A DNA stretch of 64,000 nucleotides from an uncultured Bdellovibrionales bacterium. Its GTDB lineage: Bacteria; Patescibacteriota; Minisyncoccia; Moranbacterales; GWC2-37-73. The translations under genes were made by a program, and so were the position numbers. This document shows, in pieces, positions 54,585 to 64,000 of the stretch (positions are counted from its first letter, which is position 1; each line of letters starts with the position of its first letter). Where the stretch lies: assembly GCA_964609855.1 (NCBI GenBank), contig CAZSTB010000006.1, positions 365-64,364 of the forward strand. Reading direction: 5' to 3'. The notes below the pieces were generated by a model that ran no database searches, was not told the origin of the DNA, and saw only the letters and a list, made by a program, of their open reading frames with translations.

Positions 54585-56021
54585 ATGGGACCAAAAGATA
54601 TTAACACCGAATATAAGATTTCACAGTCGCATGAAGAAATGGAGGCTGGTTTTGATATTTCTCAGTCTGAGTGCGGAAAGGGTGAGGTTTTTAATAAACC
54701 TCATTTGGTAACTGAAAAAGAAATTCAGGATATTAAAAAAGCAAAACAAGAGAAAGACGCCAAGAATTTGGAAGTTATCAAAATAATGGAGGAAAAGTTA
54801 CTGGATGCAAATCTTGGAAAAATAAGAATTAGGGATATTAAGAAATTTGCTAGAAACGAATATAAGTATGTTTGTGACAATATTAAGAATGAACATGGCG
54901 ATATAGACTGGGAATATGTTGAAGAAAGATTAAGCTTTGAGCTTCCAAAAAATAAGCACTTTTTAACATTTGAATTCGCAGTTAATGAATTAAGAGATAA
55001 GTTGATATCAGATAACCTATTTAGTTTTACTCCAGTTTATGTTGAAAGAAATTGTCCCAAGGCGTATGGTTTTTTCAAACGAAACATCAAAGATGCCGAA
55101 GGAAAAATTGATTGGGGTAAAATTAAAGAAGAGTTGCACTTAGAAGCGCCAGATGGGTATTATGAATCGAAGTGCATAGAGAGTTTAAACAAAGCTATTT
55201 TAGAGACAGCTAAGCCAGTTACTACGATAACAGATTTACACAATCATTATTTTGCTATTTTTCAAGATGTGAAAGCATACTTTCCAGATCAAAAAGGAAC
55301 TATTGATTGGCCGAAAGTCGTTCCTTGTCTTTCTGCAGAAGCTCGCAAAAAATTAAAATTGCCACCCCCTGCACTAACAATGGAATCTGCATTAAAGAAA
55401 CTTGATGATATATTTAAAAGTGTACCTGCCGGAAGAAAAATAACATTTCAACAAATTAAAATGCAAAACCGGGCTCTTTATGCTTTTTTGTTGTTAAATT
55501 TTAAGGATGTTAAAGGCGGTGTTGATTGGAAATTGGTGTCTGAGCAATCAGGTATTGATTTTGATGATAAATTCTTACCTCCTAAAAATCACAAGCGTTC
55601 AACACCAGAGCAACAGTATGAGAATAATGAAGAAATGCAAAAGGCAATTGGTGATAATAAAAAATATTTATATACTTTTTTGCAATCTGATCCAGGGCGA
55701 GAATTTGAAAAACGAAATGAGATTTGTACGGTTCTGATAAACTTGGCGAAAAAAGGCAATAAATCAGCTGAGAATGAGATTATAAATTTAATTTCTTATT
55801 TAGCCGATAGGTGGGTGGAAACAATTCCAAATTTTGAGGTATGGAAATATCATAAGGATCGAGAACTAGAAATAATTAGACGTTGTATATATAATTTTGA
55901 GCCTAAGGTGCCCTTTGTAGGTTATGTGTATAAAACATTAAAAATGGCATCTCTTGGCTTGGAAAGAAGAACTGAAATTGAATACAATGATGGAGTAAGG
56001 ATAAGGCATGCAACTAAATAA
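54585..56021 (+). CDS. repeat protein with C-terminal sigma70 region-2-like segment
   Basis: four G-x-[IV]-D-W repeats 65-73 aa apart; LAKKGNKSAENEII...I.RCIYNFEP...F.GY. Confidence 0.7.
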   Translation: MGPKDINTEYKISQSHEEMEAGFDISQSECGKGEVFNKPHLVTEKEIQDIKKAKQEKDAKNLEVIKIMEEKLLDANLGKIRIRDIKKFARNEYKYVCDNIKNEHGDIDWEYVEERLSFELPKNKHFLTFEFAVNELRDKLISDNLFSFTPVYVERNCPKAYGFFKRNIKDAEGKIDWGKIKEELHLEAPDGYYESKCIESLNKAILETAKPVTTITDLHNHYFAIFQDVKAYFPDQKGTIDWPKVVPCLSAEARKKLKLPPPALTMESALKKLDDIFKSVPAGRKITFQQIKMQNRALYAFLLLNFKDVKGGVDWKLVSEQSGIDFDDKFLPPKNHKRSTPEQQYENNEEMQKAIGDNKKYLYTFLQSDPGREFEKRNEICTVLINLAKKGNKSAENEIINLISYLADRWVETIPNFEVWKYHKDRELEIIRRCIYNFEPKVPFVGYVYKTLKMASLGLERRTEIEYNDGVRIRHATK

Positions 56022-56090
56022 AAAATTGGCTTGCAAAAAAGTAAATAAAAGTGGAAACTATAATGTATAAGCTTTAAGCTATGCTGTTTT

Positions 56091-57218
56091 ATGCTTTCAT
56101 ATATTGAAATTTCCAAGGAAAATTTGCTACATAATCTTAGGCTGATGAGGGGCCTGGTTGTGCCTGGCGTCAAACTCGCATGCGTGATAAAAGCTAATGC
56201 TTATGGGCATGGCCAAAATGAAGTGGCTAAAATTTTGGAAAATGAAGTTGATTTCTTTCAGGTGGACGATGCCGATGAGCTAAGATTACTGCGAGAAGTT
56301 TCCACGAAGCCTACGTTGGTTTTGGGCTATGTTTCTAGCGATGAAATTGCTAAGGTTATTGAATTAGGTGCGATTATGGGAGTTTACGCTGAGCAGCAGA
56401 TCTTAATGATCGAGCAAGTTGCTGAAAGCTTAAACAAGAAAGTTTCAGTGCATGTTAAAATAGATGCGTGTCTTGGCAGGCAAGGTGTACTGCTGGAAAA
56501 TCTTCAACATTTTATTGATGCTCTAAAAACTTGCGAACATGTTCAGGTTGATGGCATTTATTCACATTTTGCCAACATCGAAGATACTAGCAATTTTTCA
56601 CATGCAAAAAAACAGCTGGAATGCTTTGAAAAAGCGATAACTATTTTTAAGGAAAATGGTTACAAAAATTTAGATACACATATCTCTGCAAGCTCCGGTA
56701 TTATGGCGTATGAAGCGGACGGCCAGAGTCCAAGTTCAATTGTGCGCCCAGGAATCGCAACTTATGGCATGTGGCCATCTGTGGAGTTGGCGGAAAAGCT
56801 TGGAAGCGTCGAATTTAAATTAAAGCCGGCAATGCGCTGGATAACACGTGTGGCCCAGGTTAAGACGGTGCCTGCTAATTATTCAATTGGCTATGGTTTA
56901 ACATTCATCACTTCAGTGCCGACTAAAATCGCGGTGATTCCGCAAGGATATAGCGATGGTTTTGATCGGGGATTTTCCAATTGCGGGGAGGTTTTAATCA
57001 AAGGAACTCGCTGCAAGGTTTTGGGCCGGGTTGCAATGAATATGTTCGTGGTTGATGTTTCACATCTGGAAAATGTCGAAGCCGAAGAAGAAGTTGTGCT
57101 GCTAGGGACTCAGGGTGAAGCGGCAATTACCGCTGAAGAAATGGCTGCTAAGATAGAAAGTATAAATTATGAAATAACGACGCGCATCTCACCTTTACTT
57201 AAAAGAATAATTGTATAA
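56091..57218 (+). CDS. alr: alanine racemase
   Basis: VIKANAYGHG PLP lysine, HVKID...GR.G, SHFA, VRPG...YG, GY.DG, GRV.M, INYE. Confidence 0.96.
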   Translation: MLSYIEISKENLLHNLRLMRGLVVPGVKLACVIKANAYGHGQNEVAKILENEVDFFQVDDADELRLLREVSTKPTLVLGYVSSDEIAKVIELGAIMGVYAEQQILMIEQVAESLNKKVSVHVKIDACLGRQGVLLENLQHFIDALKTCEHVQVDGIYSHFANIEDTSNFSHAKKQLECFEKAITIFKENGYKNLDTHISASSGIMAYEADGQSPSSIVRPGIATYGMWPSVELAEKLGSVEFKLKPAMRWITRVAQVKTVPANYSIGYGLTFITSVPTKIAVIPQGYSDGFDRGFSNCGEVLIKGTRCKVLGRVAMNMFVVDVSHLENVEAEEEVVLLGTQGEAAITAEEMAAKIESINYEITTRISPLLKRIIV

Positions 57219-57237
57219 ATAGTAAGCAAAAAACGAT

Positions 57238-59022
57238 ATGGAAAAGTTACCTTTATGGAATTTGTCGGATCTTTTTACATCGATTAGTGACCCACGCATA
57301 AATGAATCGCTGGAAGATGTTTCCAGGCGCGCAAAAAAATTCAGAGATGATTACCATCTGAAAATTAAAGATATTACGAGTCCAAGCAAGATGCTTGAGG
57401 TATTTAAGGAGTATGAATCTATTATTTCCCTTGCTGTGAAGCCGCAGGCATATGCAGAGTTGCTGCATAGTACGAACACCGCTAATCCTGAATATGGGGC
57501 ATTCATGCAGAAAGCTAGCACAACTTCAGCGGAAATATTTTCGCAGCTGATTTTTTTTGAATTGGAGCTGACTTTTTTGCCGGAAAAAGAGTTTGCAAGT
57601 TTTCTTGAAAGCGTTGAGCTGGCTAATTATCGACACTATTTTGAAAAACTTAGCGCTTGGAAAAAACACAGACTCAGTGAAAAGGAGGAGCAGATATTGG
57701 AATTTAAAAGATTAACCGGAAAACAAGCATTTCAGAGACTATATGAGCAGGAGCTTACAAAGCAGCAGTTTTCATTGGAAATTGACGGTGAAAAAAAGAA
57801 TTTAAATCAGTCGGAGATCCTGAACATTTTGTACACAAGCAGCAATCAGACCAAAAGAGCTGATGCTGCGGCAGCTTTTACTGTAGGACTTTCAGAAAAA
57901 GAGAGTATATTGACCTTTGTCATGAACACTTTAGCTGAAGATAAAAAAATTGAGGATAAGCTGCTTGGCTTTGAATATCCTGAGCAGGCTAGACATCTAA
58001 ATAACGAAGCGAATCGCGATGCGGTTGAAACTATGGTAAAAGTGGTTGAAGAAAGTTATGCGCTGGTTCAGGAATATTACACTTTCAAAAAAGAGGTTTT
58101 GGGACTTGAGAAAATGTACGATTACGATCGCTATGCTCCGGTTGGAAGTAAAAACAAGTCAATTGAATTTAAGGAAGCGCAAGAAATTGTGCTGGGCGCT
58201 TTCAGTGATTTCGACGGCGACTTTGGTAAGATTGCGACAGACTTTTTCGACAAGCAATGGATCGACGCCGCTCCAATGACGGGAAAAAGAGGCGGAGCAT
58301 ATTGCGAAGGGGCAACGCCAGATGTGCATCCTTACGTCTTCATGAATTTCACGGGTTCAATTAATGACGTTATGACGCTGGCTCATGAATTAGGACATGG
58401 AATCAATTTCGAGCTTGCACGCAAACAATCAATCGTGAATTATAATTGTCCGCTTACGCTCGCTGAAACTGCAAGTATTTTTGCGGAAACGTTAGCCTTT
58501 AGGAAAACAACTGAAAATGAAACAGACAAGGAAGTTTTATTGGGAATGTATATGCAAAAAATTGAAAGTATTTTCGCAAGCGTGCAAAGGCAGATTTCAA
58601 TGTTCAGGTTCGAGCAGGATTTTCATAATGCCTACCGAAAAGGTGGGGAATTAACTGCGGCGCAGATTAATGTCCTGTGGATTGGTCGCCAGCGCGAGAT
58701 GTTCGGCAATGTCGTTTCTTTGACTGCAAATTACGAGAGTTGGTGGTCTTATGTTTCGCATTTTATCCGCACACCTTTCTATGTTTATGCTTATGCCTTT
58801 GGCGAATTGCTTGCTTTTGGGTTATTGCATAAAGCTGAAAAAAAACCTGAGCAATTCCCAGGTATGTACAGGGAATTTCTAGAAGGTGGCGGTTCAAAAT
58901 CGCCGCAGGAGCTGGCTCAGATTTTCAATATCGACTTGGAAGATGAAAATTTTTGGCGCAGCGGAATTGAAACAATCGCGGAATATATTAAAAAGGCTAA
59001 AAAACTTAAGTCAGAGCTGTAG
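57238..59022 (+). CDS. pepF: M3 family oligoendopeptidase F
   Basis: WNL.DL, WID....GKRGGAYC, HPY..MN, TLAHELGHG, AETAS, H...PFYVYAY. Confidence 0.9.
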   Translation: MEKLPLWNLSDLFTSISDPRINESLEDVSRRAKKFRDDYHLKIKDITSPSKMLEVFKEYESIISLAVKPQAYAELLHSTNTANPEYGAFMQKASTTSAEIFSQLIFFELELTFLPEKEFASFLESVELANYRHYFEKLSAWKKHRLSEKEEQILEFKRLTGKQAFQRLYEQELTKQQFSLEIDGEKKNLNQSEILNILYTSSNQTKRADAAAAFTVGLSEKESILTFVMNTLAEDKKIEDKLLGFEYPEQARHLNNEANRDAVETMVKVVEESYALVQEYYTFKKEVLGLEKMYDYDRYAPVGSKNKSIEFKEAQEIVLGAFSDFDGDFGKIATDFFDKQWIDAAPMTGKRGGAYCEGATPDVHPYVFMNFTGSINDVMTLAHELGHGINFELARKQSIVNYNCPLTLAETASIFAETLAFRKTTENETDKEVLLGMYMQKIESIFASVQRQISMFRFEQDFHNAYRKGGELTAAQINVLWIGRQREMFGNVVSLTANYESWWSYVSHFIRTPFYVYAYAFGELLAFGLLHKAEKKPEQFPGMYREFLEGGGSKSPQELAQIFNIDLEDENFWRSGIETIAEYIKKAKKLKSEL

Positions 59023-59219
59023 TCTCACTTTTCAGTTGGCAAATTTTTCGTAAATAAAAATGGAGTAAAAGTGGAATTATCCCTTTTACTTTTAGTGTGT
59101 TGTATGGTATACTACGTTGGTTATAGAGATTTATCAATTGAAAATATAAGCGCTGGGCGTCAGATTGTGAAAGCATAGAATGCGAATGCGCGTATGAATT
59201 AATATGCGCGCCCGGTAAA

Positions 59220-59831
59220 TTGCAAATGTCACTATTTAAGAAAAATGAGAAAAAGCAAATAGCTGCGGCCGATCCGACAGATGAGGAGTTGGTTTTTTTG
59301 ACCATAAAAAATCCTGATGTTTATAGTCAGCTCATCGAGCGTTATGAAGAAAAACTCTTGAGATACATTCTACGCATCTCGGCATGTTCAAAAGAAGACG
59401 CGGAAGACATTTTACAGGACGTTTTTTTGAGTGCGTACAAAAATCTTAATGATTTTGATCAGGAACTTAAATTTTCATCTTGGATTTATCGAATTACGCA
59501 TAATAAAGTTATCAGTCATTTTCGTAAGGTTACGGCTCGGCCAAAAACAACCACTTATGAAGGTGACAACCAACTTTTAAACATCTTGGCTAGCGATGAG
59601 GACATTTTTCGAGATTTGGAAAAAAAATATACTGCCGAGCAAGTCAGAGACACGATCGATAAATTAGATGAAAGATACAGAGATGTATTGGTCTTAAAAT
59701 TTTTGGAAGAAAAAGATTACAAGGAAATTTCAGATATTTTGGAAAAACCTATGGGAACAGTTGCAACCCTAATAAACAGGGCAAAAAAACAGTTTAAGGA
59801 AAAAACCCTTGAGCTTGAGAAGGATAAATAA
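59220..59831 (+). CDS. ECF RNA polymerase sigma factor (ATG at 59226 likely)
   Basis: DAEDILQDVFL.AY, FSSWIYRI.HN region 2; Y.EISDIL..P.GTV...INRAK region 4. Confidence 0.92.
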   Translation: MQMSLFKKNEKKQIAAADPTDEELVFLTIKNPDVYSQLIERYEEKLLRYILRISACSKEDAEDILQDVFLSAYKNLNDFDQELKFSSWIYRITHNKVISHFRKVTARPKTTTYEGDNQLLNILASDEDIFRDLEKKYTAEQVRDTIDKLDERYRDVLVLKFLEEKDYKEISDILEKPMGTVATLINRAKKQFKEKTLELEKDK

Positions 59832-59858
59832 TTATAAATGCTTGGAAATTTTTGAGCA

Positions 59859-60605
59859 ATGCTCAGTAAGATTTCCGCCAAGGAAATGACAACATTTAGC
59901 GATAAGATTATCAATAAGATAAAATGCGACAGTATCGAACCTGTTCCAAGGTGGCATTTCTTATTTAAAGGTTGCGCTTTTTGGGCATTATTCGTTATTT
60001 CTATGATTTTGGGCAGTCTTTCTTTCTCTGTAATTGTGCATATAGCGAGTTCTGGAGATTTCGGTTTTTTAAATCATTTGCAAGGAAACCTGATTACCTC
60101 CGCAGTTATGCTGCTGCCATATTTTTGGATTTTGTTTTTAATTTTATTCGCAATTTCTGCTTATCTAAACTGGAAGTGTACCAAGAGAGGTTATCGCTAT
60201 AAACGGCGCTGGATCGTTTTGGGTAGTTTTGCGTTAAGTATTCTCTTCGGCTATATTTTTTTTCTAATGGGGATGGCTAAGGAAGTTGATAAATTAATGT
60301 CTCGAGCGATTCCGTTTTATGATAAATCAAAACATGATGCACGCGTTGAGCTTTGGTTTCAACCTGATAGCGGTTTTCTGACGGGGAAAATTATTGAAAT
60401 AGATGAAGAAAAAGAAAAATTGATTGTTAGAGATGAGAATGGAGCAAATTGGGAAGTTGATGACCTAAATGTTAAATGGGAGAATCAAAGTCTTGAAAAT
60501 AAGGGCAAAGTCGTAAAAATTATCGGTAACCGAGATGGAGATTACAAATTTTCAGCCAAAGAAATTAGAAGGTGTAACAATTGTCAGGATGATGAGGACA
60601 ATTAG
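59859..60605 (+). CDS. membrane protein, putative anti-sigma partner
   Basis: three TM segments, P.PRW.F, LPYFW, GYRY motifs; directly follows the ECF sigma. Confidence 0.7.
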   Translation: MLSKISAKEMTTFSDKIINKIKCDSIEPVPRWHFLFKGCAFWALFVISMILGSLSFSVIVHIASSGDFGFLNHLQGNLITSAVMLLPYFWILFLILFAISAYLNWKCTKRGYRYKRRWIVLGSFALSILFGYIFFLMGMAKEVDKLMSRAIPFYDKSKHDARVELWFQPDSGFLTGKIIEIDEEKEKLIVRDENGANWEVDDLNVKWENQSLENKGKVVKIIGNRDGDYKFSAKEIRRCNNCQDDEDN

Positions 60606-60681
60606 TTGTTTTCAAGGGAAATAAAAAACGCAGCTGGTGCTGTGTTTTTTTGTTGTCGCAAAATAGCGTTATGTAAGTTTG

Positions 60682-60821
60682 TTTATTGTCGAACGAAGTC
60701 GAGCGAAATGAAAATGAATTTTCGTTTCCGAGCGAGTGATGACATCAAAAGGTTTAATACCTCGCGGCGGGCCGCGAAAACCCAGGGGGTTTGGGGCTTG
60801 CCCCGGGGTTAATACCTTTTA
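60682..60821. repeat. ~140-nt multi-hairpin element, copy 2
   Basis: near-identical to 13491-13630; end overlaps the thiI stop codon. Confidence 0.85.
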
Positions 60822-61994
60822 TTTAACAATTTCAATTTTTGCTAAAGTTTGCTTGACCAATGCGGGAATATCCAAGGCTTTCTCTGCTTCCAATACTTCA
60901 AGAATTTTGGAACGTGTTTCAGGTTTTTTGGGCATTAGTCGCGTGCAACAATCGTCATGAGGCAAGATCGAGATTTCATAAGTTCCGATGTCTTTCGCTT
61001 TCTGCATTATTTCTTCCTTGTCTAAGCCGATAAGTGGTCTAAAGATCGGAAGTGTTGCGGCTTCACTTACGGTTAAGATATTTTCCAAGGTCTGAGAAGC
61101 AACTTGGCCGATGGAATCTCCAGTGATAAGCGCCATGCAGCGTTCTCTCTTAGCAAGTGCCTCTGCGATTCTAATCATCATGCGGCGATAAAGAATAACA
61201 CGAAATTTTTCTGGCGTTTTCATCATGATCTCTTTTTGCACGTCTGCAAAAGGTATTAGATAAAGTTTAGTTTTACTGCCAAATTTAGCCAATTCTTGAC
61301 TAAGGCTAACCACCTTTTCTATAGATGCTTTTGATGTGAATGGAGCGCTATGAAAATGAGCATAGCGGATTTGGACTCCGCGCTTCAATATTTGCCAAGC
61401 AGCAACAGGAGAATCAAATCCACCTGAGAGCATTGCCATCGCCCTGCCTCCTGTTCCAACCGGCATTCCGCCCAGACCCTGATTTCTCATTAAGGCGACT
61501 AAGGCAAATTTATCAACGATGGTTATGCGGCATTCGCAATCAGCATGCTTCAAGCTAACGGATTTTTTTCCATCAAGTTTGTCATATATGTAGCCACCAA
61601 CTTCGCGATTAATTTGTTCACTGGTGAGAGGGAAATCCTTATTTGAGCGCTGAGTTGAAACTCTGAAAGTCTCAAACTTTTCGTCTTTTATCATTTCCCA
61701 GCAGAAAGTCTTTATGGTTTCAATATCTTGGGAAACACTGGCTACAAAGGAATAATTAGTGATTCCAAACGTATGCCTAAGCGAATTTTCAATGGCGCCA
61801 GGGTTGGAAATTCCTTTTTGGTTAAGCTTGATCAGAATTCCTCCATACATCTGTTTTACAAATTCAAAGCCTGCAGGACAAAAAAGCTCAAGTTGAGATT
61901 TGATATTCAATAGGAGTTGTTTTTCAAAATATCGGCGGTTGCCACCTTTAAGGGCAATTTCGCCATAATGACAGAGGATATGGTCTTTTTCCAT
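60819..61994 (-). CDS. thiI: tRNA 4-thiouridine synthase
   Basis: YGEIALKG.NR, THUMP domain, LSGGFDSPVA PP-loop, GQVASQTL.N, RPLIG.DK, DCC. Confidence 0.96.
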   Translation of the reverse strand: MEKDHILCHYGEIALKGGNRRYFEKQLLLNIKSQLELFCPAGFEFVKQMYGGILIKLNQKGISNPGAIENSLRHTFGITNYSFVASVSQDIETIKTFCWEMIKDEKFETFRVSTQRSNKDFPLTSEQINREVGGYIYDKLDGKKSVSLKHADCECRITIVDKFALVALMRNQGLGGMPVGTGGRAMAMLSGGFDSPVAAWQILKRGVQIRYAHFHSAPFTSKASIEKVVSLSQELAKFGSKTKLYLIPFADVQKEIMMKTPEKFRVILYRRMMIRIAEALAKRERCMALITGDSIGQVASQTLENILTVSEAATLPIFRPLIGLDKEEIMQKAKDIGTYEISILPHDDCCTRLMPKKPETRSKILEVLEAEKALDIPALVKQTLAKIEIVK

Positions 61995-62194
61995 GAAATT
62001 TAGTATAAAATTAGGCGAAAATGCTGAAAAGCATCAAGTATTTATAGCATGGACGGGATTGAAAGTAAAGTTAGTCAGTGGCGTTTTAAAAGTACATTAT
62101 TGCTTATTTTCGGCTTTTCTAGTATCTTAATAGAGATCTGCAAAAGGCTTATTCTTGGCTTTTTAATGATCTTTAAATTTATGAGTTTACATTT

Positions 62195-63247
62195 ATGGCT
62201 TTGCAAATAGGAATCGTAGGACTACCAAATGTGGGTAAATCAACCCTTTTTAAGGCTTTAACGAGGAATCCTGTAGATATTAATAATTATCCGTTTTGTA
62301 CTATCGAACCGAATGTTGGTGTAGTCAAAGTTCCTGATGAGCGACTGGACAAGCTTTCAGAAATGTCTCAGACGGAAAAAATTGTGCCCGCGGTTGTGGA
62401 ATTTGTGGATATTGCAGGAATTGTGAAAGGCGCTTCTGAGGGTGAGGGCTTGGGAAATAAATTTCTGGCGAATATCCGCGAAGTTGATGCAATTGCTCAG
62501 GTGGTGCGGGTTTTTCGCAATGATAATATTATCCATGTACACAACAAGGTTGATCCACTGGAGGACATTGAAATTATCAATACCGAACTTATCTTGGCAG
62601 ATCTTGAATCTATGATTAAGCGCATGGAAAAGCTGCAAAAAGATGCGCGTGGAAATGATAAGGATGCCCAGTTTAAATTGGGAATTGCTGAAAAGATTAA
62701 ACATGTTTTGCAACAGGGACTTTTGGCAAACACTGCTGAGCTTGACTTCCAAGAACCAAATACAAAGTTGGCAGTGCGCGAATTCCAATTACTTACCATG
62801 AAACCGTTCCTTTATATTTACAATGTGAGCGATGTGGATGAGATTTTACCCGAAATTCTGGAAAACAGAAGACACGTAAAGCTGGATATTAAAATAGAGG
62901 AAGAACTGATTGATATGACATCGGAGGAAATTGAAGAAATGGGACTTACTTCAAACATAAGCCAACTTATTGTTCAGGCTTATGATCTTTTGGGTTTGCA
63001 GACGTTTTTAACGACTGGAAAAATTGAAACACGTGCTTGGACCATCAAAAAGGGCTCGACAGCACCAGAAGCTGGGGCTGCGATCCATACGGATTTTCAG
63101 GAAAAATTCATCAGAGCGGATGTTATTATGTGGGATAAACTTTTGGAGATTGGTTCGTGGGGAAAAGCTAAGGAGCTAGGCGCTGTAAAGACGGTCGGAA
63201 GGGACTATGTCATGAATGATGGGGAGGTGGTTGAATTTAAAGTTTAA
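62195..63247 (+). CDS. ychF: redox-regulated ATPase YchF
   Basis: [47 protein letters not shown] domain. Confidence 0.97.
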   Translation: MALQIGIVGLPNVGKSTLFKALTRNPVDINNYPFCTIEPNVGVVKVPDERLDKLSEMSQTEKIVPAVVEFVDIAGIVKGASEGEGLGNKFLANIREVDAIAQVVRVFRNDNIIHVHNKVDPLEDIEIINTELILADLESMIKRMEKLQKDARGNDKDAQFKLGIAEKIKHVLQQGLLANTAELDFQEPNTKLAVREFQLLTMKPFLYIYNVSDVDEILPEILENRRHVKLDIKIEEELIDMTSEEIEEMGLTSNISQLIVQAYDLLGLQTFLTTGKIETRAWTIKKGSTAPEAGAAIHTDFQEKFIRADVIMWDKLLEIGSWGKAKELGAVKTVGRDYVMNDGEVVEFKV

Positions 63248-63382
63248 AATCTCCTGTGTTTTTTGTGATTAACGGACTTGTGTAGTGTGGGGATATTATT
63301 GGTTGGGATATTGGGACAGTAGTCATGCGGCTACTGTTTTTTCGTAAAAATAAATTAGTCACAAATATGCATATGCACAATA

Positions 63383-63411
63383 TTGACTAATATGTGTTAG
63401 AAGCATATTAT
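63383..63411 (+). promoter_or_regulatory. promoter for a probable leaderless transcript, overlapped by an inverted repeat
   Basis: TTGACT-17-TATTAT, ATG 7 nt later; TTAGTCA...TGACTAA inverted repeat 63355-63390. Confidence 0.6.
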
Positions 63412-63417
63412 GTTGGT

Positions 63418-64000
63418 ATGAAGAACAAGTTAACAAAAAATTTAAATTCAAAAGAGAAAATTCAATCAAAATCTTTGAAAAAGATTGCAGAGGATTTCAT
63501 TGAATCTGACAGCGCTGCCTCAACTGCTGGAAAATTTTTGCTGATGACTTTGGCATTGGGCGGAGTTGCTTTTGGTGGAGCTCTTGTTCCTGGTTTATTG
63601 TTTGCCTCAAAAGAATTCAGCAAATCAAAAAAATACACAAAAAAGCAACTGCAAAATGCTGTTTATAATTTGAAGAAAAGAAATCTTATCGAGGTTATCA
63701 AAATGAAAGATGAAAAAATTCAAGTAAAATTAACAAATAAGGGCAAGGAAAGAATAAGAGAATTTTCATTTGAAACTTTGAAAATAAAAAAGCCTTTCAG
63801 ATGGGACAGGAAGTGGAGAATACTTATTTTTGATATTCCTACGAAGCCTGCGATATATAATCAAGCAAGAAATGCTCTTCGCAAAAAAATTAAGGACCTA
63901 GGATTTTATCAAATGCAAAAAAGCGTTTGGGTTTATCCATATGAATGCGAGGATGAAATCCTGTTGATTGCTGAGCTTTACCATGTCCAAAAGCACATAG
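63418..64000 (+). CDS. PaaX-like wHTH / Cas2-like domain protein, truncated at the window edge
   Basis: Hand translation: ...NAVYNLKKRNLI...KLTNKG...WDRKWRILIFDIP...RNALRKKIKDLGFYQMQKSVWVYPYEC...; no stop before 64000. Confidence 0.85.
   Translation, partial: MKNKLTKNLNSKEKIQSKSLKKIAEDFIESDSAASTAGKFLLMTLALGGVAFGGALVPGLLFASKEFSKSKKYTKKQLQNAVYNLKKRNLIEVIKMKDEKIQVKLTNKGKERIREFSFETLKIKKPFRWDRKWRILIFDIPTKPAIYNQARNALRKKIKDLGFYQMQKSVWVYPYECEDEILLIAELYHVQKHI

Noticed and set aside
63418-64000. CRISPR-Cas locus
   Set aside because: Only a Cas2-like fold within a PaaX-type protein; no repeat-spacer array or other cas genes in the window.
1-64000. Alternative genetic code (TGA=Gly)
   Set aside because: Conserved genes are full length under code 11, with no in-frame TGA needed.

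Overview
AT-rich bacterial chromosome segment in standard code 11, most consistent with Patescibacteria/CPR (Parcubacteria-like; inferred from gene content). It carries housekeeping genes (nfo, nrnA, rbfA, infB, comM/yifB, rsmA, pcrA, xer, nusA, ppaC, tig, clpP, gpmI, rny, HU, alr, pepF-type peptidase, thiI, ychF) and four tRNAs (Cys-GCA, Leu-TAA, Ser-CGA, Pro-TGG). A type IV secretion-like locus is split in two: an orphan solute-binding lipoprotein, two VirB2/TrbC-like pilins, PrgI, a TraC-like protein and VirB4 at 18.6-25.7 kb; and LysM-CHAP, a VirB6-like protein and five more pilins at 33-42.6 kb, several pilins having variable Cys-rich heads. The most unusual signal is non-coding. (i) A four-helix-bundle gene is enclosed by inverted 7-nt tandem arrays, with many 'empty' inverted 7/8/9-mer arrays elsewhere and two arrays inside genes. 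(ii) A ~140-nt multi-hairpin element is present three times, twice starting exactly at a TAA stop codon. (iii) Micro-palindromes are nested inside other hairpins. (iv) A tRNA-Pro-derived element holds antisense and sense copies of the tRNA 3' end. (v) Several structured leaders are present. A sigma-region-2-like protein with four tandem GxIDW repeats and a truncated PaaX/Cas2-like gene are also notable. No CRISPR array, rRNA, transposase, relaxase or reverse transcriptase was seen. All calls were made by eye, without database searches.
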